Below, piece after piece: positions 35,427-45,030 of a DNA stretch of 64,000 nt. The notes below the pieces were generated by a model. That model ran no database searches and was not told the origin of the DNA. It saw nothing but the letters and a program-made list of their open reading frames with translations. How positions within the stretch are numbered: position 1 is the stretch's first letter; each line of letters begins with the position of its first letter. The translations under genes were made by a program, and so were the position numbers. The stretch is from Alphaproteobacteria bacterium (GTDB lineage: Bacteria > Pseudomonadota > Alphaproteobacteria > UBA7985 > JAUIBT01), in assembly GCA_030432195.1 (NCBI GenBank), contig JAUIHE010000002.1, positions 5,045-69,044 on the forward strand, in the 5' to 3' direction.

Positions 35427-37727
35427 ATGACCGCGATAACGCAAAGCCACATGGGGGAAGTTTGGCCGCAAGCTGAACCAGGGCGTGACGGCGCACACTA
35501 TGCCACCCTCCGGTTTTCCCCCGGCACGCCGTGCCAGGTGCGGAGTTTTCAAACCCTAAAGTTTGACATCACCGTGGGCGAGTTCGGTCTGGACGACACC
35601 GGCGCAATCAAGATTGTACAGCGCTGGACCTACGATGGCGGCGCTTTGCAAACCCATGATCCCGGCGCAATGAACTATGTAACCGCCAGGGCCTCGAACG
35701 GCGTGGAAATGGAGCTAGATATCGAGCGCTATCCGCACCAGCGGCCCTGGTACAATGGCCTGCGTGTGACGGTAAAGCGCGGCTATCTCTCGCCGGGTGA
35801 CACCATCCAAGTTCTGTTCGGCGACACCAGCCAAGGTGGGCCCGGGTATCGCCTTCAAACCTTTCCAGAGCGCTATCACGAGTTTCGTTTGCTGGTTGAT
35901 GCCTGCGCAACGGGTGTGTTCTTGCCGGTGGCAAGCTGCGGCTTGGATATTGTGCCAGGCCCGGCGGTACGCTGGGTGCTTGCCGCGCCGACCTTGCGCC
36001 GTCCGGGTGAGCCCTTTGCGCTGGGGCTACGGGCTGAAGATCAGTGGGGCAACGCCTGTATTTTGGAGCCCCACGAGGTTCAGCTCCGCGCGAATGGTCC
36101 TGTGATCGGATTGCCCCAAAAGTTGCGCCTGGAAGCGGGCTCTTTAGGGCAATCCATAGAGAACTTGCGGCTGGAGGGCGAAGGCGAGCGGGTCTTTGAG
36201 CTGTTGGATGCCGCGGGCCAAGTCTTGGCGCGTTCTAACCCCTTGCGGGTCCAGGACGGGCCCTTTTCCGCCTATTGGGGCGACCTGCACGGGCAGAGTG
36301 GGGAGACCGTTGGCATCAATCCGCTGCAAGACTACTTCGAATTTGCCCGCGATGTGGCGTTTTTGGATGTCACCAGCCATCAGGCGAATGATTTTCAAAT
36401 CACCAAAGACTTTTGGCGCGAAATAAATACCCAGTCGGACCGTTTTAACCAAGATGGCCGATTTACCGTTTTTCCAGGCTACGAGTGGTCCGGCAACACC
36501 CCTGTCGGCGGCGATCACAATGTTTTCTTTCGCCATTCGGGCCGTGCCATTCACCGTTCATCACACGCCCTACTGGCTGACCGCAGTGATATTGACAGCG
36601 ATGCACCGACCTTGGAGGCGCTGTTCGAGGCTTTGGCAGACGAGGACTGCGTTCTTTATGCCCACATCGGCGGCCGTCCTGCCGACATTTCCCGCGCCCA
36701 CGATGGGCGGCTGCGTACCGCGGTCGAGCTGCATTCGGATTGGGGCAGCTTTGAATGGCTTATGGCCGACGCTTTTGCCTTGGGTCAGCGTGTCGGCCTG
36801 GTCTGCAACAGCGATGGCCACAAAGGCGCGCCGGGCGCTTGCTATCCTGGCGCCTCCGAATTTGGCGCCTACAGCGGCTTGACCTGCTTCTTGGCCACCG
36901 AATTGAGCCGCGACGGCATCTTTGAGGCCATGCGACGGCGCCATCACTACGGAACGACCGGGTGTCGGATGCAGCTGGCTTTAACAGCACAGCTGGGCGC
37001 GCAAGGTTTGGTTTATCGCCGCGATCCGGCGCTTGGACCGGTGCAAGCAGAGCCTGCGGATCGAGCCATCATGGGGGATATTGTGGCCCGCCCTGGCCCG
37101 CAACTAACCTTGGAAATCAATGTTACCGCGCACGCGCCCTTGCTAAAGGTGCAAGTTCTGAACGGCACACAGATCGTTGCGAACCTGCCGCTCTATGAGG
37201 CCGCAGACCTTGGGGACCGGTTGCGGATAGTCTGCCAAGGTGCGGAATATCGCGGCCGCGGGCGCCAAGTTCATTGGCAGGGGCAGCTTCATTTTGACCT
37301 CGCAGAGATCACCGGGTTTTCCAAGTTCAATGCTTGGAATTTGGAGCGAAATTTTGTCCAGCAAGACCCGCAATCGGTGGCCCTGGATACCATTACGACC
37401 GGAAATTTCAGCGGCTGCGATGTCTGGTTATCGGGCAGCCATGAGGGCAAGTTGAGCATTGATACGCCGCTCGTCCAAGCGCAGTTGGCCTTGGCCGAAT
37501 TGGGGCTTGAAGAGCGCCGCTTGGAGGCTGGCGGACTGGATCGTTGCATTCGGGTTATGCGCCTGCCCGATCATCTCGAAACCTGCGCGCTTCGCCAGAC
37601 CATCAGCCTAGATCTGCACGATCGAGGCGATAATCAAATTTGGCTGCGGGTAGAAACCGAGGACGGCTTTGTTGCTTGGTCGAGCCCGATTTATGTCATT
37701 GACCCTCCAGAAACCCTGTCTGGCTGA
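35427..37727 (+). CDS. Uncharacterised 766-aa protein with a PHP/DUF3604-like metallohydrolase-type core
   Basis: Ordered motif series YWGDLHGQSGETVG, FPGYEWSGNTPVGGDHNVFF, YAHIGG, ELHSDWGSFEW, VCNSDGHKGAPG, RRHHYGTTGCRM resembles the PHP/DUF3604 layout. The ~280-aa N-terminal region is unassigned. No signal peptide. Confidence 0.5.
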   Translation: MTAITQSHMGEVWPQAEPGRDGAHYATLRFSPGTPCQVRSFQTLKFDITVGEFGLDDTGAIKIVQRWTYDGGALQTHDPGAMNYVTARASNGVEMELDIERYPHQRPWYNGLRVTVKRGYLSPGDTIQVLFGDTSQGGPGYRLQTFPERYHEFRLLVDACATGVFLPVASCGLDIVPGPAVRWVLAAPTLRRPGEPFALGLRAEDQWGNACILEPHEVQLRANGPVIGLPQKLRLEAGSLGQSIENLRLEGEGERVFELLDAAGQVLARSNPLRVQDGPFSAYWGDLHGQSGETVGINPLQDYFEFARDVAFLDVTSHQANDFQITKDFWREINTQSDRFNQDGRFTVFPGYEWSGNTPVGGDHNVFFRHSGRAIHRSSHALLADRSDIDSDAPTLEALFEALADEDCVLYAHIGGRPADISRAHDGRLRTAVELHSDWGSFEWLMADAFALGQRVGLVCNSDGHKGAPGACYPGASEFGAYSGLTCFLATELSRDGIFEAMRRRHHYGTTGCRMQLALTAQLGAQGLVYRRDPALGPVQAEPADRAIMGDIVARPGPQLTLEINVTAHAPLLKVQVLNGTQIVANLPLYEAADLGDRLRIVCQGAEYRGRGRQVHWQGQLHFDLAEITGFSKFNAWNLERNFVQQDPQSVALDTITTGNFSGCDVWLSGSHEGKLSIDTPLVQAQLALAELGLEERRLEAGGLDRCIRVMRLPDHLETCALRQTISLDLHDRGDNQIWLRVETEDGFVAWSSPIYVIDPPETLSG

Positions 37728-37774
37728 GCCTCCGCCTGGCTGACCCCCATCATCGCGAGCGCGAAACGCCCGGC

Positions 37775-38665
37775 CTAGGTCCGTGAGGCCGTCACGGTCT
37801 CTTCAATGGTTTGGGCAATGGTGGCATTAAAGTCCGCATCGCTCTGGTCCAGGCTCAGGCCTTCTGTCAAGGCGCGCGAGAAGCTGGCGATCACACCGGG
37901 GTTGGCCGCCAGACGGCGATTGGACTCGTTGCGCGAATAGCCACCCGACAGAGCCACAACGCGCAGCACGCGCGGATGATCGACCAGCTCTTGATAGAAG
38001 CCGGGCTTTTCGGGCAGAGTCAGCTTGAGAATGATCTCCTGGCCGGGCTGCAAATGGTTGAGCCCGCCACGAATCGCCGCCTTCAATGTCGCTTCACAAT
38101 CGGCCTTGTCCGGGGCCTGAATGTTGACCTCGGGTTCTACAATTGGCACCAGACCGTGCTCCAGAATTTGCCGTGCCAGTTTGCACTGCTGATTGACAAC
38201 CGCGGCAATGCCCGCGGCGTCGTTTTCGTGGATGACAGAGCGCATTTTTGTACCGAAGATCCCAGCCTCAACCGCACGGCCACACAAAGCGTCCAGCTCT
38301 GGCATGGGCTTCAAGATTTGGGCGCCGTCTTGGATCTCTTCCAGGCCCTTATCCACCTTCAGAAACGGCACGACGCGGCGTTGCTCCCACAAGTATTTGG
38401 GCACCGGCATGCCCTCGACGCTGCCGTCCATGGTGCGCTCAAACAAAATGGCACCAATGACTTGATCGCCGGTGAAAGCGGGCGCGGTCATGATCCGGGC
38501 GCGCATCTGGTGGATCAAGGCAAACATCTCATCATCGTTGGCATAGTCTTGTGGCTGAATGCCATAGGCTGCCAGGGCCTTCGGTGTTGAGCCGCCGCTC
38601 TGGTCTAGAGCGGCGATCATGCCTTGGCCTTCGTTGATTTGCTTGCGCTGTTCTTGGTTGATCAT
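37775..38665 (-). CDS. fba: Fructose-bisphosphate aldolase, class I
   Basis: 296-aa ORF; N-terminal GMIAALDQSGGSTPKAL typical of the bacterial class I FBA family. Confidence 0.85.
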   Translation of the reverse strand: MINQEQRKQINEGQGMIAALDQSGGSTPKALAAYGIQPQDYANDDEMFALIHQMRARIMTAPAFTGDQVIGAILFERTMDGSVEGMPVPKYLWEQRRVVPFLKVDKGLEEIQDGAQILKPMPELDALCGRAVEAGIFGTKMRSVIHENDAAGIAAVVNQQCKLARQILEHGLVPIVEPEVNIQAPDKADCEATLKAAIRGGLNHLQPGQEIILKLTLPEKPGFYQELVDHPRVLRVVALSGGYSRNESNRRLAANPGVIASFSRALTEGLSLDQSDADFNATIAQTIEETVTASRT

Positions 38666-38907
38666 TGCTTTTGTTGTCCCCTAGGGTGTCGCTGCCTATG
38701 TACGCCGTCGCCGCATTGTGTATTGATCGGCGATATTTGGCGCGGATAGTGCATGAAATGGGACGCCAAGACCAGAGACCAGCGGTCGCAAAGCGCTGAA
38801 GCAAACACCTGTTGTTGCTGTTTTAACATTTGGCGCGCGAATGCGGCCTTGGGCGGCGTGCTTGGGTTGTTGGTCTTCGCGTTTTTGTGGCTGGGACCCT
38901 ATCAGGA

Positions 38908-40074
38908 CTAGCGCTTTAGCCAAGTCCATCGCGGTCTGTCCGCATCTTGGATTTGTGTTTCACCCCAGCGCTTTTCGAGGCTGAGCGTGCGCACGTCTGG
39001 CTCCGCGATCAGGGCGTCGATCAAGGGTTCGGCGTGGCTTACGACGATGACTTGCGTCGTCGATGCGGCGTGCCGGATCAAGCGCGCAAGGGCGGGCAAC
39101 AGGCTGGGATTGAGGCTGGTCTCGGGCTCGTTCAGGACCAAGAGGCGCGGCGGGCGTGGCGACAAAAGCGCGGCCGCCAACATCAGATACCGAAGCGTGC
39201 CGTCAGAAACTTCTGAGGCGGTTAGGGGGCGCAACAGACCCTTTTGATGAACGGCGCACTCGAACCAACCGTCGCGGCTCGAAACACTGATTTGCGTGCC
39301 GGGGAAGGCATCGTCGATGGTCTCGGCCAAAGCATCCGGGTCGCCGATCTCCATGATGGTTTGCAGCGCCGCGGCCAAGTTGGCGCCGTCGCTGGCCAGC
39401 ACAGGCGCGCGGGTGCCGATTTGGGCCTGGCGGGCAGGGGCGTGCTGATCGCTGCGCAAGGCATCGTAAAACCGCCATGCCCGCATGGCTTCGCGCAGAT
39501 TGAGCAGCTCATACGCCGCCTTGGGGTGGGCGGCATGGGTCATCATGCTATCGTAGTCCGCAAGGCGTGTGTGGACCACCTGATCCTCGCCCATGGCCCC
39601 GCTGTCAGGATCGCGTAGCGTGACTGCCGGGCCGCGCCGCTCGGCGAGCGTTGTACGCGGGTTGAGCTGCTCGCCGATCCAAACTGCCTCTGTTTTTATC
39701 AGCGGGTCGCGCGCAAAGGCGCTGCGCCCTTCGGTCGGCAGGCCAAGATCAATGGCATACCCATAGTCCTGGCTGGCGAAACCCAGTTTGAGGGCAACGC
39801 GCTGGCGCCGTTGGGTGCCTTGCAAGGGGTAATCGCCGCGCTGGACGGCGGCGCTGGGCGCTTCTGGCCCCGCCCACAGCGTGGACGACAGGCCCCCTTC
39901 TTGGGCTAGGGCTGCGATAACGCGCCCTTGAGCCACTTCGCCCAACAATCGCAGAGCGCGATAGAGGTTTGATTTCCCGCTTCCGTTTGGACCCGTAATC
40001 AGCGTCAAGCGGTCCAGAGGCAAGACCAAATCGCGCAGACTTCGATAGCCAGAAACAGCAAGCGTAATCAGCAT
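38908..40074 (-). CDS. Stand-alone ABC/SMC-type AAA ATPase (predicted ATPase family)
   Basis: 388-aa ORF; Walker A GPNGSGKSN at residue ~28; signature-like SDGTLRYL and Walker B LLVLNEPETSLNP near the C-terminus; no effector domain. Confidence 0.7.
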   Translation of the reverse strand: MLITLAVSGYRSLRDLVLPLDRLTLITGPNGSGKSNLYRALRLLGEVAQGRVIAALAQEGGLSSTLWAGPEAPSAAVQRGDYPLQGTQRRQRVALKLGFASQDYGYAIDLGLPTEGRSAFARDPLIKTEAVWIGEQLNPRTTLAERRGPAVTLRDPDSGAMGEDQVVHTRLADYDSMMTHAAHPKAAYELLNLREAMRAWRFYDALRSDQHAPARQAQIGTRAPVLASDGANLAAALQTIMEIGDPDALAETIDDAFPGTQISVSSRDGWFECAVHQKGLLRPLTASEVSDGTLRYLMLAAALLSPRPPRLLVLNEPETSLNPSLLPALARLIRHAASTTQVIVVSHAEPLIDALIAEPDVRTLSLEKRWGETQIQDADRPRWTWLKR

Positions 40075-40101
40075 CTTAAGCTCGGCGGGGCGGGGCTTGG
40101 A

Positions 40102-41223
40102 CTACCATTCGACTTGAGGCACGGGCCCCAAGAAGACAGGGCCAATGCTCATGCCCGCATCGCTTAGTTCGATGGGCAGCGACAGCAGAGGCTGACCTTG
40201 GGCATCGGTCTGGCTGGTATCCATGCGGGCCATCATGGCAACGGCAAAGCGGGCTTGAGCAGCCGTCAAAATGCCGGTCTCACTGAGCGTGTTAATGAAA
40301 TCGGTTAGGCCCGCCAAATGCAGGTCGATGCGCCCGCGTGGTTGCAGGGCATCGTTGAGGCGAATTTGCCCTTGGCCGCTGAGTTCCAGGCGTTGCAGCT
40401 TTGCGGATAGGCGTTGCAGCTCCAGAACGCCGCCCTGTTTTTGCCAGCGCGCGACGGCGGCTCTATCGGGCATGGCAGGCAGCGCGGGTTCGGCAAAGCC
40501 GTCCACTGCGGCGCTCTCCAAAAAACTGCCGAGCGCCGGTGCCAACTGGGCCGCACTGGCCCCACGAATGAAGGGCAGCTTGCTCAGCGCGGCTGCGAGT
40601 TTGTTGGTGGCCTCGGGCGGCAGGCGCACGGCGTCGGCGCGCGCCTCAAGTGTGGACCGGCTGCCAGGGCGCAGGAAATGCAGGCTCACGCGCTCGGCTT
40701 CGACCGGCAAGCGATCCAGCAGGTTGCCCGACACAGGCCCCAAGGCCAGATCGACCTCGTTCGGTATGGCGCCAGCGGAAAAACGGCTGCGCAAGTGGCC
40801 CTGGGTGACGTCGATCGTCGAGGCAAGGGCGGGCTGGCCCAAGGGCGCTAAGCGATGCCCGCCGCTCAAATCAAGGTCAAACGACCAAGGAGCATAGGCA
40901 GGAACGCTGACCTTTAGGTCGCCCTCGGGTGGTTGCCAGGCGAGGCCCAAATCCCGGGCCGCCACCTCAAGGCCCTGAAAGCGCATGTCAAAGTCGAAAG
41001 GAAAGCCCGAGACCGCAGCCGCTTCCACGTCAAGGCGGTTGCCGCTAACCTCGCGACTCATCATGCTTGCGGCAAAGCCCCAAACGGCTCCTGCCACAAG
41101 CAGCCAATAGATTATATAGACGCCGCACAGGCTGCCAACGCCCCAAGCGCAGCGCCGAGACCAGCGGGCAAGCGGGCCGCGTTGGGCTTTGGTGGGGGAA
41201 GAAGGCTGGGTGGGGACAGTCAT
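40102..41223 (-). CDS. DUF2125-like membrane-anchored protein
   Basis: 373-aa ORF; N-terminal TM; the VSGFPFDFDMRF segment recalls the GFP-x-RFD motif of DUF2125. Confidence 0.5.
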   Translation of the reverse strand: MTVPTQPSSPTKAQRGPLARWSRRCAWGVGSLCGVYIIYWLLVAGAVWGFAASMMSREVSGNRLDVEAAAVSGFPFDFDMRFQGLEVAARDLGLAWQPPEGDLKVSVPAYAPWSFDLDLSGGHRLAPLGQPALASTIDVTQGHLRSRFSAGAIPNEVDLALGPVSGNLLDRLPVEAERVSLHFLRPGSRSTLEARADAVRLPPEATNKLAAALSKLPFIRGASAAQLAPALGSFLESAAVDGFAEPALPAMPDRAAVARWQKQGGVLELQRLSAKLQRLELSGQGQIRLNDALQPRGRIDLHLAGLTDFINTLSETGILTAAQARFAVAMMARMDTSQTDAQGQPLLSLPIELSDAGMSIGPVFLGPVPQVEW

Positions 41224-41262
41224 AGCGTGGCTACTTATCTAGGGGTAAAGCGAGCAAAAGAT

Positions 41263-41484
41263 CTAGCCGCCGAGCTTGGCGGAAATAAGCCGCGCCCATA
41301 AGGACCAGTCCACGACGATATAGCCGATCATAAAGACCACCAGTCCGCCAACGGCATAGACCCACCATTGCAGGGCTTTGGGCAAGGGCTGTTGGCAATG
41401 CTCGCAGCGATCTTCTGAGCGTTTGGTTTGCTTGCCGCAGTAAGGGCAAGCACGGGTCATCAGGGTCTGTTCTTTGCGGCTCAT
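41263..41484 (-). CDS. Small zinc-ribbon membrane protein
   Basis: 73-aa ORF; CPYC-x12-CEHC followed by one TM helix; 4 nt after the plsC stop. Confidence 0.45.
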   Translation of the reverse strand: MSRKEQTLMTRACPYCGKQTKRSEDRCEHCQQPLPKALQWWVYAVGGLVVFMIGYIVVDWSLWARLISAKLGG

Positions 41485-41488
41485 GGGC

Positions 41489-42238
41489 TCAGTTCTTCGG
41501 GTTTGCCTGTGGCAGGGGCGGTGCGTTGGGGTCGTCTATCAAGCGCGTGACCTCTGCTTCAATGCTGGCTTCCAGTTGCTTGAGCACATCGCGCTTGGAT
41601 AGGCCAGCAGGGATCGCCGGCAAGATGGACAGCGTGATGCAGCCCGGCGCAAAGTTGGAAAAACCCCGCCCCCAATAGAGCCCGGAGTTCAGGGCCACCG
41701 GCACCAAGGGCACCTCCAGGGCTTCATACAGTGCGGCAACCCCGATGTGATAGCTGGTGGTTTCGCCGACCGCGCGCCGGGTGCCTTCGGGGAAAATCAT
41801 CAGTTGGGGGGCTCGATCCGCCATCAGCGCCTTGCCGCGCTCGACCAACAGGCGCAAAGCCTTGCGGCCTTGCTGACGATCGAGGGCGATTACGGGCCAG
41901 CGCTGTACCACCCAGCCGAAAAGCGGCACATTCAGCAGCTCTTGTTTCATTACATAACCTGGATTGGGCAGCAAGAGACCCGGCATGAAAGTATCCCAGG
42001 CGCTTTGGTGCTTCATGGCGAAGATGCAGGCGCCTTTAGGCAGGTTTTCCAGCCCAATGACGCGATAACGAATTCCCAGAATGCCGTGCGCCAAAGCCAT
42101 ATTTCCCTTTAACCACAGTCGCTTGAGCGGGTTTAGTGCGCGCAATCCCAAGGGGCTAACCAGGATCATGGATAGAGCCAATACGGCGCCCCAAAGCCAA
42201 AACAAGGAAGTGAAAAGGTAACTGCGAAGAGTGTACAT
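41489..42238 (-). CDS. plsC: 1-acyl-sn-glycerol-3-phosphate acyltransferase
   Basis: HQSAWD (H-x4-D) and FPEGTR motifs; ATG at 42238 preferred over the track's upstream TTG. Confidence 0.8.
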   Translation of the reverse strand: MYTLRSYLFTSLFWLWGAVLALSMILVSPLGLRALNPLKRLWLKGNMALAHGILGIRYRVIGLENLPKGACIFAMKHQSAWDTFMPGLLLPNPGYVMKQELLNVPLFGWVVQRWPVIALDRQQGRKALRLLVERGKALMADRAPQLMIFPEGTRRAVGETTSYHIGVAALYEALEVPLVPVALNSGLYWGRGFSNFAPGCITLSILPAIPAGLSKRDVLKQLEASIEAEVTRLIDDPNAPPLPQANPKN

Positions 42239-42515
42239 GGGGCAAGGTCGCTGGGGCAAAGGGCAGGGTAGGGCCAGAGCAAGGGCAGGGCTAGGCCAAG
42301 GCTAGCAACGGCGCCTGCCTTATATCACCAAGTCTCGGCAAAGAAAATGCGCCGCGCTTGGGCTGTTGGGATATCTATCGCTCGCTACGGCTAAGGCCTC
42401 GGCTCTGCGATTGTTTCCAAAATAGAAACAGACTGGCGCTCGACATCGCCTTGTTTGGTCTGGTCAAGGATCGCATATCACGCGAGCAAACCGCCAAGCA
42501 AGAAGAGGCAACACG

Positions 42516-43469
42516 ATGGGCATGCTGATAAACGGCATTTGGAATAATGACGATCAGAAGAAGATTACCACAGGCGGGCGCTTTGTGCGCGAAGATGCCG
42601 GTTTTCGCTCCTGGATTGGCGACAATGAAGCTTTGCCTGCCGCGTCGGGGCGCTATCACCTTTACGTTTCCTATGCTTGCCCTTGGGCGCATCGAACCTT
42701 GATTTATCGCGCCCTGAAGGGGCTAGCGCCGCACATCACGGTGTCCGTGGTCAATCCTTTGATGTTGGATCATGGTTGGACATTTGAAGCGGGGCCGGGC
42801 GTTGTTGCTGACCCTCACATGTCTGCCGCCTATCTGCACCAGATCTATACCGCCGCCAAGCCGGACTATACCGGCCGGGTTACGGTCCCGGTACTTTGGG
42901 ACAAACAAACACAGCAAATTGTCTCGAATGAATCATCCGAGATCATCCGCATGTTCAATTCGGCTTTCAATCACCTGACTGGCAACCAGCTTGATTTTTA
43001 CCTCAGTGAGCTGCGCGAAGAAATCGACGCGGTTAACGAGCGCGTTTATCACAGTGTCAACAACGGGGTCTACAAGACCGGTTTTGCCAGAAAGCAAAGC
43101 GTCTACGAAGAAGAAGTGACCGCTCTATTTGAAACGCTCGATTGGCTTGAGGCGCGTTTGGCCAAAGGGCCCTATCTTGTGGGCGATGAGATCACTGAGG
43201 CTGATTGGCGATTGCTGCCAACTCTGTTGCGTTTTGATGCGGTCTATGTCGGGCATTTCAAATGCAATATTCGCCGATTGGCGGACTATCCGCGCTTGTC
43301 TGACTATGTGGCGCGGCTCTACCGCCATCCTGGTGTTCGCGAGACGGTCAATATGCAGCACATCAAGCAGCATTACTATGGCAGTCACAAGTCACTCAAT
43401 CCCAGCGGCATCGTTCCTAAGGGCCCGGTATTGCCCTTTTTGAGCGATGAAGCTCTCGCCGCGGCTTAG
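42516..43469 (+). CDS. yqjG: Glutathionyl-hydroquinone reductase (Xi-class GST, YqjG/ECM4 family)
   Basis: 317-aa ORF; GRYHLYVSYACPWAHRTLI active-site region. Confidence 0.85.
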   Translation: MGMLINGIWNNDDQKKITTGGRFVREDAGFRSWIGDNEALPAASGRYHLYVSYACPWAHRTLIYRALKGLAPHITVSVVNPLMLDHGWTFEAGPGVVADPHMSAAYLHQIYTAAKPDYTGRVTVPVLWDKQTQQIVSNESSEIIRMFNSAFNHLTGNQLDFYLSELREEIDAVNERVYHSVNNGVYKTGFARKQSVYEEEVTALFETLDWLEARLAKGPYLVGDEITEADWRLLPTLLRFDAVYVGHFKCNIRRLADYPRLSDYVARLYRHPGVRETVNMQHIKQHYYGSHKSLNPSGIVPKGPVLPFLSDEALAAA

Positions 43470-43654
43470 AACAGGTGTCAACTTCGACAGATGGCCGGGA
43501 ACCGCCGCCTAGTCATCTGTGAAGTTGATGATAATACAATCTTGCGTGTCGCTCGCCGTTGTTGATGCAATTGTGATGAAGGTTTCATTGATTTTTTGTT
43601 AAAATGTGTTACCCGCAGTCAGGACTAATTTTTTCATCGTCTGGGGATCATTTC

Positions 43655-44242
43655 ATGCGTCGAATATTTGCGATTGCTGGCCTGTTCGGGCTTCTGTTTT
43701 CTCTTCCCGCCGCTGCGCTAGATGCAAGCGCGCCAGCTGCAAGCGCTCAAGAGAGCGCGCTGTTCGGCCTAGAGGCGCAAGGCACCCAACTGGCGGCCAC
43801 ATCCTTCAAGAGCTCGCGGGTTTCAAACTATGGCAACTGGAGCTCGGGCCCGCGGAAAAACGTCCAGGCTAGCTTAGGGTCGCGCGCGGGCAACGTGGTC
43901 GCCAAGATCTACCTGTCACGTCAGGAAATGGAAGTCTACGTCAACGGCAACCTGCGCCACACCTGGAAGATTTCATCGGGACGTTCGGGTTACAGCACGC
44001 CGCGGGGGACCTATCGCCCGCAGCGCATCTATTCGTCATACTTCTCGCGCAAGTACGATAACGCGCCCATGCCGAGCGCCGTCTTCTTTAGTGGTGGCTA
44101 TGCGGTTCATGGCACCGGCCACGTCTCTGCCTTGGGTCGGCGTGCTTCGCATGGTTGCGTGCGCTTGCATCCCGGCAACGCCCGTCAGTTCTTTAACCTA
44201 GCAAAGACCTACGGTCGCAATATCAAGATTCAAATTCTCTAA
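43655..44242 (+). CDS. L,D-transpeptidase (YkuD domain)
   Basis: Signal peptide MRRIFAIAGLFGLLFSLPAAA; catalytic HGCVRL motif. Confidence 0.8.
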   Translation: MRRIFAIAGLFGLLFSLPAAALDASAPAASAQESALFGLEAQGTQLAATSFKSSRVSNYGNWSSGPRKNVQASLGSRAGNVVAKIYLSRQEMEVYVNGNLRHTWKISSGRSGYSTPRGTYRPQRIYSSYFSRKYDNAPMPSAVFFSGGYAVHGTGHVSALGRRASHGCVRLHPGNARQFFNLAKTYGRNIKIQIL

Positions 44243-44534
44243 AGGGCGCGGACCTATCACATGGCGTCAGGTCCGGGATATAGGCCGTTGAACGCTTGCC
44301 AATTACGGGGCTGGTTGTCGGATGACAATCGGCCCTTTTCTTTGACCTGCGCCCGCGGACTGTTCGGGCGCCGTGCAGCATGACATTGCTGGTTTGTACT
44401 GGCCGCAAAAGTTTGCTAGTGCTTGCGTCGCTGATTTGCACGCGCCTAACCTGCATTAGCCGATTAATTTTCCCGCAAAGTCGCCGGTGCCGTTGGAATC
44501 AGTCGCTCGGGTCTTGCTCTAGCTCCAGATATCT

Positions 44535-44978
44535 ATGCAAAGCGTTACACTTGTACTTGTCGCCCTTGGCGGTGCCCTGGGAGCTCTATCACGCTATGGA
44601 CTTGCTGTTCTGGGCCAGGCGTGGGGGTGGAGTGGTTTGCCCTGGGCAACCTTGTTGGCCAACACGCTGGGGTGCTTTATCATGGGGCTGGTTGCCGTCC
44701 CGGTAACTGCCGCTTTGCTGGCCGGGCACGCGGATGCGGCCTGGGCCGGTGGTGTGCGGGCGTTTGTCATGGTCGGTTTCCTGGGCGCTTTTACCACCTA
44801 TTCCAGCTTTGCGCTTGAGGTCTGGCGGTTGTTTGAAGCGCCGCATGCCGGAGCGCGCGTTGCTGGCCTAAGTGCTTCGGCGCTTGGATATGCAGGCGGA
44901 ACGCTCGTTTTGGCTTTGCTGGCTTGCGGGCTGGGGCTGCTGCTGGGGGGGCTGCTCATGCAGCTGCGCGCCGCGTGA
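44535..44978 (+). CDS. crcB: Fluoride ion channel CrcB/FluC
   Basis: 147-aa four-TM ORF; GGALGALSRY and GFLGAFTTYSSF motifs. Confidence 0.85.
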   Translation: MQSVTLVLVALGGALGALSRYGLAVLGQAWGWSGLPWATLLANTLGCFIMGLVAVPVTAALLAGHADAAWAGGVRAFVMVGFLGAFTTYSSFALEVWRLFEAPHAGARVAGLSASALGYAGGTLVLALLACGLGLLLGGLLMQLRAA

Positions 44979-45030
44979 TCTGGACTGCCTCCGCCTTTTG
45001 CTATGCGACCGACCCAATAAGGACCCTGCG

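Noticed and set aside
37811-38590. 259-aa plus-strand ORF opposite the class I aldolase gene
   Set aside because: It is antisense to a well-supported fba gene and has no recognisable domain.
42259-42298. Direct repeat AAGGGCAGGG(T/C)TAGGCCA x2 (22-bp period) in the plsC/yqjG divergent region
   Set aside because: It is real but only two imperfect copies with no palindromic character. I noted it as another short duplication rather than a supported regulatory site.
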